A program made the position numbers and the translations under genes. DNA of 64,000 nucleotides, taken from contig CM052816.1 in the NCBI GenBank assembly GCA_028534125.1, positions 34,846,001-34,910,000 of the forward strand, read 5' to 3'. This stretch comes from Lama glama (taxonomy: Eukaryota). The notes under the pieces are model-generated. The model worked only from the letters and a program-made list of their open reading frames with translations, had not been told where the DNA came from and did no database searches. Positions 47,479 through 58,540 of this stretch are shown in pieces. The stretch's first letter is position 1, and each line of letters opens with the position of its first letter.

Positions 47479-50400
47479 CTTTTTTAATAATGAGGTATAA
47501 CTGACATATAACATTGTGATAGTTTCAGGAAACAACATAATGACTCAATATTTGTATATACTGCAAAATGGTCGTCACACATAAGTCTAGTTAACGTGCC
47601 ACCACACAGTTACAATTTTTTTTCCTTGTGATGAGGACTCTTGAGATTTGCAAGTATTTTCTCCCGTTCAGTACGTGGTCTTTTCATATTGTTGTCCATG
47701 TCTTTTGTTGTGCAGAGGCTTTTTAGTTTGGCCCAGTCCCACTTGCTTATATTTGCTTTTGTTGCTTTGCTTTTGGAGTCAGATCCAAAAAACCATTGCC
47801 AGGATTGAGTCAAGGAGTTTACCACCTCTGTTTCTTCTCGGAGTTTTATGGTTGCAGTTCTTAAACTTAGGTCTTTAATCCATTTTGAGTTAGTTTTTGT
47901 GGACAGTGTAAGATAATGGCCTACTTCATTCTTCTGCATGTGGCCATCCAGTGTTCCTAACACTATTTGTTGAAGAGGCTGTCCTTTCCCAACTGTGTAT
48001 TCTTGGCTCCTTTGTCATAAATAAATTGATGTATATGCCTGGGTTTATTTCTGGGCTCTCTGTTTTTGTTCCATTGATCTATTTATGTGTTTTTATCTCA
48101 ATACCATACTGTTCTGATTACTATATCTCTGTAATATAGCTTGAAATTAGGGTACACAATGCCGCCTCCTTTGTTCTTCCTCAAGATTGCTTTAGTTTTT
48201 CAGGGTATTTTGTGGTTCCATACAAATTTGGAGATGGTTTGTTCAATTTCTATGAAAAGTGCCATTGGAATTTTGATAGGGATTGCATTGACTCTCTAGA
48301 TTTCTTTGGGTAGTATGGACATCTTAGCACTATTAATTCTTACAGTCTATGAGCACATATATCTTTCCATTTGTGACTTCAGTTATTTTCATCAACGTCT
48401 TACAGTTTTTAGCATACAGGTCTTTCACCTCCTTTGTCAAATTTATTTCTAGGTGTTTTATTCCTCTTGATGCAATTCTAGATAGAATTATTTCCTTAAT
48501 TTCTCTTTCTGATTGTTTGTTATCAGAGTAAAGAAACACAACAGATTTTTGTATATTGATTTTGTATCCTGTAACATTACTGTATTCATTGATTAGTTAA
48601 CAGTTTTTTTGGTGAAGTCTTTAAGGTTTTATATATATATATGTACATATATATATATATAATCATGTAATCTGCAAATAATGACAGCTTTACTTTTTAC
48701 TTTCTGATTTGAATGCCTTTTACTTCTTTTTCTTGCCTCATTGCTCTGGCTAGGACTTTCAACGCTATGTTGGGTAAAAGCTGCAAGAGTCCGCATCCTT
48801 GTCTTGTTTCTGGTCTTAGAGGAGAAGCTTGCAGCTTTTTTCCATTTAGTACGATGTTAGCTGTGGGCTTGCTGTATATGGCCTTCATTATGTTGAGGTA
48901 CATTGCCTATATACTCACTTTGTTAAGAGTTTTTATCATAAATGGATATTGAATTTTGTTAGATGCTTTTTCTGCAGCTTTTGAGATGATTATACGGTTT
49001 TAATCTTTCATTTTGTTAATGTGGTGTATCATGTTGATTGATTTATGCATACTGAATCATCCTCATACCCTGGAATAAATCCCACTTGCACACAGTGTAC
49101 AATCCTTTTATCGTACTGTTGGATTTGTTTTGCTAATATTTTGTTGAGAATTTTTGCATCTTTGTTTCTTAGAGATGTTGGCCTTTAACTTTGTTTTCTT
49201 GTATCCTTTTCTGGTTTTGGTATCAGAGTAGTGCTGGCTTCATTAAACATTGAATGAGTTTAGAAGTGTTTCCTGTTTCCTTTTTCTTTTTTTTTTGGAA
49301 GAGTGAGAAGAATTGGTATTTTTACTTTGAATGTTTGATGATATTCCCCAGAGAAGCCAACAGTTACTAGACTTTTGTTTGTTGGGAGGTTTTTGATTAT
49401 TGCTTCAGTTTCCTTGCTAGTAATCATTCTATTCCGATTTTCCATTTCTTCATACTGCAGTCTGGGAAGGTTCCATGTTTCTAGGCATTTATCTATTTCT
49501 GCTAGGTCATTCAATTTGTTAACATGTAATTATTTATAGTGTCTCTTACGATCCCTTGTATTTCTGTGGTATTGGTTGTAACATTTCCCATGTCATATGT
49601 GATTTTTATTTATTTGAGTTTCCTCTCTTTTTTTCTTGATAAGTCTGGCTAAAAGTTTGTTAATTTTGTTTATCTTTAAAAGAACTAGTTCTTAGTTTCA
49701 GTGATCTTTTCTCTTGTCTTTTTAGTCTCTATTTCATTTATTTTTACTCTGTTCTTTATTATTTCCTTCCTTCTACTAATTTGGGGCTTCGTTTGTTCTT
49801 GTTTTCCCTAGTTCCTTAAGGTGTGAAGTTATTTTGTTTATTTGAGATTATTTTTATTTGAGATTATGTATCACTATGAACTTCTCTCTTGGAACAGCTT
49901 TTGTAACATCCCATAAATTTTGATATGTTGTATTTCCATTTTCATTTGTGTGAAAGTATTTTTAAATTTCTCTTTTGATTTCTCCATTGACCAATTAGTT
50001 GCCAATGCTAAGTTGTTTAATTTCCATATATCTGGGAAATTTCCAAGTTTTTTTTTCTAGTAATTGATTTCTGGTTTTGTAACATTGTAGTCAGAAAAGA
50101 TGCTTGATATGATTTCAGTCTTCTTAAATATATTAAGACTTGTTTTGTAGCTAAACATATAATCTATCTTGAAGAATGTTCCAGGTACACTTGAGATGAA
50201 TATGTATTCTGCTTCTTTTGAAAAAAATGTTCTGTTTACACCTGTTAAGTCTAACGTGTCTTGTAAGGCTGAAATTTATTCATTGATGTAAGTGGAGTAT
50301 TAAAGTCCCTTACTATTATTGCATTGTTGCCTGTTTCTCCCTTTGTCTATTGATATTTGCTTAATGTATTTAGGTGCTCCAATGTTGGGAGCATAAATAT

Positions 50401-53400
50401 TTACAAATATTATATCCTCTTGTTGGATTGACTCCTTTACTATATGTAAAGCCCTCCTTTGTATGTGATTAAAGTCTTTGGTTTGAAGTCTGTTTTGTTT
50501 GATGTAAGTATAACCACCCCAGCGTCCTTTGGTTTCCATTTTCATGGAGTATCTTTTTTCATCTTTTCACTTTTAGTCTCGTGTGTCTTTACATCTGCTG
50601 TGAATGTCTTGTAGTCAGCACATAGAGGGGTCTTTTTTTTTTTTTTATCCATTCAGCCACTCTGACTTTTGACTGGAGAATATGGTCCATTTATATTTCA
50701 AGTAATTATTGATAGGTATATACTTAGCCAGTTTTTAAATTGTTTTCTTGTTGTTTTGCAGGTCCTTTCTGGTCCTGTCTTCTTTTCTTGCTCTCTTCCT
50801 TTGTGTTTTGATGACTTCCTACAGTAGTGTGCTTAGATTCCTTTCTTGTTATCTTTTGTGTATCTACTATAGTTTTTTGCTTTGTGGTTACCATGAGGCT
50901 TACATATAACAACCTATATTTATAACAGTCTACTTCAAGTTGGTAAAAGTTTGAACACAGTCTAAAGCTCTACATTTTTCTATCCCCCTGCTACATTTTA
51001 TGTTTTTGATGTCAGATTTTACATCTTTATATCTTATGTATCCCTTAAATAATTATTGTAGCTAAAGTTATTTTTATTACTTGTCTTTTAATTTCTTACT
51101 AGCTTTGTATGTAATTAATCCACTACTTTTACTATATATTTGCTTTTAATTGTGAGATTTATTACTTTTATATGTTTTCTTGTTACTAAGCCCTTTCTTT
51201 TCAGGTTAGAGGTGTCCGTTAACATTTCCCCTAAGGTCAGTTTAACGGGGATGAACTTCTTTAGCTTTTGCTTGTCTTGAAATTCTATCTCTCCTTCAAT
51301 TCTGAATGATAACTTTGCCAGGCAGAGTATTCTTGGTTGGAAGTGTTTTTCTTTCAGCACTTGGAATTTATCATTCCTTCTGGTCTGCAAAGTTTCTGCT
51401 GAAAAATCTGTTTATTGTCTTATGGGGGTTCCATTGTACATAACAAGATGATTTTCTCTTGCTGCTTTTAAGATTTTCTTCTTGTCTTTAACTTTGCACA
51501 TTTTACTTATAATGTGTCTTGAGTCTCTTTGGGTTCATCTTACTTGGAACTCTATGACCTTTCTGGATCTGGATGTCTGTTTTCTTCCCCAGTTTAGGGA
51601 ACTTTTCAGCCATTATTTCTTCAAATAAATTTTCTGCCCCCACCCCCTTCTCCTTCGGGGAGCCCTGTAAAACAAATGTTAGTCTGCTTGATGTTGTTCC
51701 ATAAATCCCTTAAGCTGTCTTCACTTTTAAAATTTCTTTTTTATTTTTTGCTGTTCTGATTAGGTGAGTTCCATTGCTCTATCTTCAAATTGACTGATTC
51801 TTTATTCTGCTTTATCTAGTCTTCTGTTGAATCCTCTAGTGTATTTTTTGACTCAGTTATTGTATTCTTCAGGTTTGTGACTTCTGTTTGGTACTTTCAT
51901 ACATTTTCTGTCTCTTAGTTGAAGTTCTCAGTGTGTTCATCCATTCTTTTTTCAAGTTCAGTGAACAACTTTATGACTATTACTTAGAACTGTTTATCAG
52001 GTAGATTACTTGTCCCCCTTTTCATCAGGCTTTTTCCTGAGATTTTATCTTATTCTTTTATTGGAACATATTCCTCTGTTTTCTCATTTTGCTTGGCTCT
52101 GTGTTTGTTTCTATGCAGTAGGTGAAACAGCCTCCTTTCCCAGTCTTGAAAGAGTGGCCTTGTGTAGGAGAGAAATCTTACCATTCAACCTCCCATCCTA
52201 GCTTTCTGTTGCCCCCTGAGCCTTTGCGATTTTCCAAGTAGCCTATGTTATTTTTAATAGCTCCCAGTTTTTAAGGGTATTCCAAGACCTGTCAGTGTCC
52301 CAAAAGGGTGGCCTCTCAGGCAGCGCCTAGATTCAGGCTGATTGGAAGCCAGTCCTCAGGCAGGAACTTTAAAGTATGCACATATATACAGTCCTGTGGA
52401 ACCGTAAGTGTAAACCCTGCTGGTCACCAGAGTGGGTGATCTGGAGTGTTCCTTGGATGAAAATCACTTGAATCAGGACTTAAGATGAGCTGTAAGCTCC
52501 TTTCTGGGAGGTACTGGTATGCTGTAGTGAGGCAGGGGAAAAGCACCAAGATGGTGTTCTCCAGCCTATGTTCCCTGAGAGCACTTCCCTAGGCCCCTAC
52601 ATGTGTACCAAACCTGCAGCCTGCCCCTCAGGCCGAAGCTCCAGGACAAGCAAATAGGCCTTTTTCCTAGAGAGGCTGGGGGTATGTTCCAGTCAGCTAC
52701 CTGTGCAGTACCCGGGAGGTGGTAGTCGGTCAAGATCTATTTTTCTGATTGTTACCGTCCCCTTGGACCCAGGAGTGCAAGACTCCTTGACCTTCAGAAC
52801 CTGGTGATCAGGGGACATCCCCTGGGCTGCAGCTGCAAAAACTGGGGTACCAGATGGAAGAACAGGGGCACCAGACGTGCATGGAAGCTCCCCTCCGGGA
52901 GATGCAGAGGGAGAGCACCAGAATGGTGCCAGCCGGTTGGAAGGTGAAGATAGCACTTGCTGAGAAAACAACAAACGTCTAGAGTGAAATAAAAATAATA
53001 GTGTCTGCTGGCTTTAGCGAGGCAGGAGGAGAGTGCAGAAATAGCCCCTGTTCCTCTGGCTAACACTCTGTGATGAGCAAATAAATCGCCTTCACATAAA
53101 GTCTGGGCACTTTTCAAATGGCTGCTTCTGCCCTGGGCCCTGGGGTGGGTGACGCCGCACCCAAGCCCTTAAGAGGGATTTCTCAGATTGCTGTAGCCCT
53201 GTGTTCTCATGGATTCAAGCCCCACTGGTTTTCAAAGCTGGATGTTTTCGGGGCTTATCTCTCAGGTGCATGTCTTAAAAGTTGAGATGTGAGACATGAA
53301 CCTTGCACTTCTCAGGGAGAAGCTCCAGGTTTGTGAGTTCCCTCCTGATTGTGGGTCCCTGTGTCGGGATGGGGTTCATGGTGAGATTGTGCCTCAGCCT

Positions 53401-53574
53401 CTCTGACTCACTTCAGTGTGGACTTTTTCTCATTCACCAATGTGTAGGAGTTGTTCAGCTAGTTTTCAGGTCCTTTTCGGGGGAAATTGTTCCACGTGTA
53501 GCTAGAGATTCAGTCTGTCCTTGGGAGGAGGTGAGTTCAGGACCTTCCTACATTGCCATCTTGAACCACCTCCT
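47479..53574 (-). mobile_element. Near full-length degenerate L1 (~6.1 kb): 5' UTR, ORF1, long inter-ORF, ORF2 with 3' internal deletion, 3' end; TSD present
   Basis: The minus-strand 5' end reads GAGGTGGTTCAAGATGGC (YY1-type L1 start). ORF1 remnant FQPRILCLAKLSFRIEGEI; ORF2 remnants [36 protein letters not shown] tcaggttgcatttcttttt (47466) / tcagcttgcatttattttt (53574). Many stops and frameshifts. Confidence 0.92.
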
Positions 53575-54724
53575 CAGCTTGCATTTATTTTTCATTGTCT
53601 CTTCCTTCCATTCCCAAAAGCTTGTAAGCTCTTCTCTGAGCCCTGTGAGATTCCTGGGGATTTTTGTTATTGTTTTGTTTATTTGTTTTTATGGTCATTC
53701 CAGAGACCAGGACAACACCTAGCACTGAAAGAAATCCCCTTCCTTCTTAGCATCGTCAGTCGTTTGACTGAGTGACAGTTCATCGCTTCCTAGCCCTCAA
53801 CTGCAGTACCCCTGAGGCCCAAAGACTGTACCTGGGCCCTGACTTGAGGGGAAGATGACAAGAGAGGTGCATTCATGGGTTAAAAAACAAGGTACCCAGC
53901 ATGAAGGGCATCTACCTTAAGCATTTAATCCAAAAGGTCAAGGGGTTATAAGAATGAAGTTATTCAACATAGCCATACTCGAAGCAAGCTAAGTGTTCAC
54001 TAATTGTAGGATATGATAAACTAAATGATTGTTAAACCAGTCAGTAAACCAGTATGGAGTGCTGTGTTTAGGGAAGCCAGACAGAGATGTGGAATAAGCC
54101 TTCTGTGAAATAAAATAGGGAGGACAAGAGGTGACACAATCTTATAAATGAATATCCTGTGGTTGTAACTAGGGAAAATGTGGACTCTGGGGGAAAAAAA
54201 AGTGGGAAAAAAGTAATAATACATTAGAATAATTGGATTATTATATTTCTTGTTTCTTCTTTTAAAACCAAATATGGTCTAGTTATATTACTTTAATATA
54301 ACTTAATAAATGCTTTCTTTGCAGGAGAGGCTCAGCCTTGCCTTTCTCCCAGCAGTCTGCAGCCCAAGGGCTAGGGTCTTAGGTCCCCAGGCCTGAGTCA
54401 CACTAAACAGAGGGACTCCCTAATTTGTTGTTTCTCGAAGTATGTTCTTTGTATCATTTGAAACAGTCTTCAGGGATGAAGCTGAGGAATCTGCATTGTA
54501 TACAGATTTCCTGGCCACTGAAGTTTGGGGCAAACTTTCTTTTGGAGGCAAAAGCCCTCAAGGAAAATCCCACAGGGATTTCTGTGATCTATATTATTTC
54601 TTGAAGCAAAATTAATCCACTGAAATTATGCTGTATGTGTGCATGAGTGTTTTAAGTTAAAGACTCAGTGAAATAGTTTTATTTATCCTCAGAGATTTTT
54701 GTTTATAATTTGTTGGCTTTAAAA

Positions 54725-54838
54725 AAATATTTGTTGAAGTGTAGTTGATTTACAGTGTTAGATTCAGATGTACAGCAAAGTGATTCAGTTATATAGATAC
54801 ATACATATATATTTTTCCTTTTCGACTCTTTTCTATTG
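54725..54838 (-). mobile_element. Short L1 3' terminus
   Basis: ttgaagtgtagttgatttacagtgttagattcagatgtacagcaaagtgattcagttatata. Confidence 0.7.
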
Positions 54839-56709
54839 TTAATAATTTTTTAATTTAAAGTATTATCTTACAAGCAAGCTGTCTTGTCATAAGACTGCTA
54901 TTTTCTTTCTGTCTCCGTTGAGTTCCTGCATAGTTAGGACTAACTGACCACTCAGGACACCCTTTACTTTGGATCTTTGATCACAATAAAACAGAAACCA
55001 TGGGATTCAAGTCCAAAGCCTGGCCAAAGGGCTTCAGCTTTCCTTAATTCTCTACTATTATAATGCCAAGAAATACACAGTCATGATCCCACTGCTTCCA
55101 GCCCTCCAACTAAGGGTGGGACCCTCCGGCTGTCCTAGGAGTCCTGGGCCTGGGGCAGCAGGCGCTGGGAGGGGCGGGCCCTCCGCTGATACCCTGGGGC
55201 TCCCGCTGGGCCAGGAGGAGGACCCTTCTGGGGGGAGGGGGCGGGCGGAACCTTCACATACTTTCAGAATTTCACTCAAGGCAGAAATTGAGAGCCCAGG
55301 GTTTCACCCAATCACAATGGCATTTTACCTTTTCAAAAAAGGGCCAGCTATCTTTTTGAAGAGGCAAGAATTTCCCTAATCTTCTCCAGAAACATAAAAA
55401 GTAAACAAATTGAGGCTTTTTCCTGGGCTTTACAGCCCCAGCACAGACTCCTTCCTCATTGTTGTTTTGGGATTGGGCTCCAGAGGCCTCATGTGCTCTG
55501 CTGGTGGAGAAAAGCCAGGCGCACAGGCTGGGGTCCAGCCCTCAGTTGCTACCTGGCATTGTCAGGAGGTCCTGGCTCATGTCGCTAAGTTCTGTTACAT
55601 GACAGCTCCCAGGGCCCAAATGCAAACTTCCATCCCCTCCTGTGTGTGGAAGTAAGCATGCTGAGTTAGTAAAAAGCTCATGCTTTCCTTTATAATCATT
55701 TGTAACTTCTGTCCAGGAATAAAATGATCATCACATTTTCACAGAATTCATGAATAATATTCAAATCCACTGATAATCTACTCTCCTGAACAGCAGGGTT
55801 TCCATTAAGTAGTGCGCTGAACACAAGGCCCAAGTTTATTTTCAAAGCTTTGAAGATAAATAATGAAGGCTCCCAGGACATGATCTTTTCTGCAGCAAAA
55901 GACAACTATATTTGAGGGTCAAGTTGCAGGGGCAGCCAAGGAGGCCAGACCCATGATCCAGGAGGCCCTCTGAAGTATGTGCACACTTACCCACTACTGG
56001 TGCACCTGGTGTTGAAGGACCAAGCTCAGGAACCCCCAAGGCTAGGCCAATGGTGGTCGTTCCCCAGGACTCTTGTCTCCCTTGCTCACTAAGGGGAAAA
56101 ACACTTTCACTCTGCCAGGACCTGCTTCTTTAAAAATATTCTTAATCCCTTCATCCATTACCCTTAACAAAAAGCTTAAGAGAAGACCAGACCACCACTG
56201 GAAACCCTCAAAATTTCCTTGTCTTTCTTTCTCTCCAATTAGAAAGAATTCATTTTTCAGTACCAAAGCTATCTTTTAAAGCAAAAAAAATTTACTTAAA
56301 AAAAAAATCTTAAGCTTACCTCTTTCTCTCTTCTTCCTGAATTATTCAGTGTTATACCCATTGGGTCAGGCAGAGTGAGGAAAGTCTGGGCCCTGTGGGG
56401 AGGGGAGCCATGTGGCCCAGAGTGGGTGCCGGCGTCTGATCAGAGGAAGGAGGCATTTCTGCAAAGGGACGACTCAGCACCGGGTGCTCAGGTCCCACGG
56501 TGGGGTGTGTATTGGAGTCCAACAGGTATGGAGAGTGTCCCCACGGAGTAGGGCCCAGCAGGGTAATCAGATCCCAAGCAGTGGTGGGGTGACTGCCTTA
56601 AAGCATCACAGGCAAGTGGCGTGAGGAGGACGTCCGTGCAGGGTAGCCCCACATACAGAGCCAGAGCCAGTGAGGTGGTTGCAGGGTGTACGTGGTGGTG
56701 GCAGAGCCA

Positions 56710-57754
56710 GGAGACCACTTACATCCAGGGAAATTGGTAAAGTAAATAAAAATACTCATTATATGGAATCCAGATTCTTCACTACCAGTGAAGGGAGTTA
56801 CAAACGTGGAGAGGGAGGAAGGTAGAGTTAACCCTGTGGTATTGGTTAGAATGTGGCATGTCAGTGTGAATTCATGGTTTTCAGTACAGACAGATCTAGA
56901 AATACAGATACACACATGGTATGTGTGTGTGCCTACCTCTGTCCCCTGAGATGCCCAGGGGTCATGATAATCCTAATACCCAGAACTGGGTCTCTAAAAA
57001 TGTCTTCCACTAAAAGGAACCAGGGCTTATTGGAGAAATGGCCGATTCCAGGGCTGAGTCAGGAAAAGTACACGATGAGCTGAAAATACCTCGAGTCAGA
57101 AAATGAAGTAATCGGAGAATAATGGAGACAGGTCACAAAGATTCACAGATTGGCTAGAAGTGACTCCCACTGGCCATACTGGGGACAATGTGTGAATCAA
57201 AATAAATAATGGTCATGAAAGACTATAACCCATTAAATAAAACAGGAAACTATGAATTCATTCAGATAACAAACAAACAAGTAAATGAAAGTCTGATTTT
57301 AAAAAAGTATATTTACATAATTTCAAAGTACCTCTGCACAAAACACTTATTAGTTACAAAGGATAAAAGAGTAACTCTACAGTGGAACTGTCTGGCAGAT
57401 ATCACCTTATTCAAGTTGCCAAAGTGAATAGACATCATTAGTCATGAAATAAATTGAGTCCCTGAGCAACCTGGTAGGAGGCCTTTAGAAGGACTTCTGT
57501 GGATTCCAGATAAAGATGCATAATGTGAATCTAACTGTGAAGAATCGTCAGAAAAACCCAGGTGGAGAAGCACTCCAAAGGCCTGTCATCTTCCAAAGAT
57601 TCAAGATCAGGAGAGTCCAAGAAAAACTGAGAAACTGTGCCAGACTAGAGGACCCCAGACGTGCTCATTTGATGCAACGCGTGATTCAGACCTGGACTTT
57701 TTTGCCTAAACCGGAGGAAGGTGTTGGGCTTCGATGGTGGCGGTGTGTTGTCCT
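56710..57754 (+). mobile_element. Old L1 (L1MC/L1MD-type) 3' region
   Basis: cactaaaaggaaccagggcttattggagaaatggccgattccagggctg; aagactataacccattaaataaaacaggaa; aaaagagtaactctacagtgga. Confidence 0.7.
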
Positions 57755-57758
57755 CGGG

Positions 57759-58168
57759 TGTTATGGAAATGACAGGCCAGCCAAGAAACAAGCGCCACTC
57801 GGAGGGTTGGAGTACTCAGATTTATTACGCCGGCGGGCTCAGAGGGGCTTCTGCTCTGAAGCTCTGAGCACCTCCAAGACGTGCACATGAGATTTTATAG
57901 GGTTAATTACAAGTATGGGGCTATTCGCCAATAAGGCTCAAACAACAAAAAGCAAGGAATCAGTACACTGGAGCTTATCAATTTGGAACAGATCACGTTA
58001 CTGACACTTGTTGAGCTTGGATTTACGAGTTAGCTTGCTAGCCCAGTAAACTGACACTAAACTTCAGATTTACGAGTTAGCCCAGCAGAACTTAGATCAG
58101 TAAACCGGCACTTATCACACTTAGATTTGTGACTTAGCTTGTTAGCCCAGCTGGGCTTTTCCTTCACA
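57759..58168 (-). mobile_element. Young ERV1-class solo LTR (410 bp) with 4-bp TSD
   Basis: TG...CA termini flanked by CGGG (57755-57758 and 58169-58172). Minus-strand TATAAAA (57893-57899) lies upstream of AATAAA (57821-57826); tandem U3 repeats; many retained CpGs. Confidence 0.88.
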
Positions 58169-58172
58169 CGGG

Positions 58173-58540
58173 CTCCTCAAGGTGGTGGCTAACAAAGTTG
58201 CTACAGCAGCTCCATCTCACAGCCTCCTATGTTTGAATCTAGATCAGGAGGGGTCTTTTCCAGAGCTCCCCCAGCAGCTCAGACACTCAATATTACTGCA
58301 ACCACTTTGGTGATACCCTTTACTCTTCCAGTCACTGTGATCAGAAGGACGTGGTGCTGTAATTGGTCAGGCCTGAGTCATGTGTCTGAGCACAAGTCCA
58401 CCCCTGGAGCCTTGGGTGGAGTTGCATGGACCAGTGGACTGGTGGGGAAGGGGTGCACCCCAGGGGAAAACAGAGGTGACCCCAAGAAAGAAGAGGAGAT
58501 GAGTGCTGGGACGGCATATGTCCACACATGTCCAAAGTGT
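58173..58540 (-). mobile_element. MLT1 (MaLR) LTR relic
   Basis: attggtcaggcctgagtcatgtg...cacccctggagcc...gagatgagtgctggg. Confidence 0.6.

Noticed and set aside
48628..48662. Palindromic (TA)n-GTAC-(TA)n
   Set aside because: Simple microsatellite expansion inside L1 ORF2; trivially self-complementary.
47610..51390. Functional L1 ORF1/ORF2 or a domesticated gene
   Set aside because: Fragmented by many stops and frameshifts, with the C-terminus deleted.
58010..58150. CRISPR-like spaced repeats
   Set aside because: Irregular, degenerate U3 enhancer repeats inside an LTR, in a mammalian context with no cas genes.
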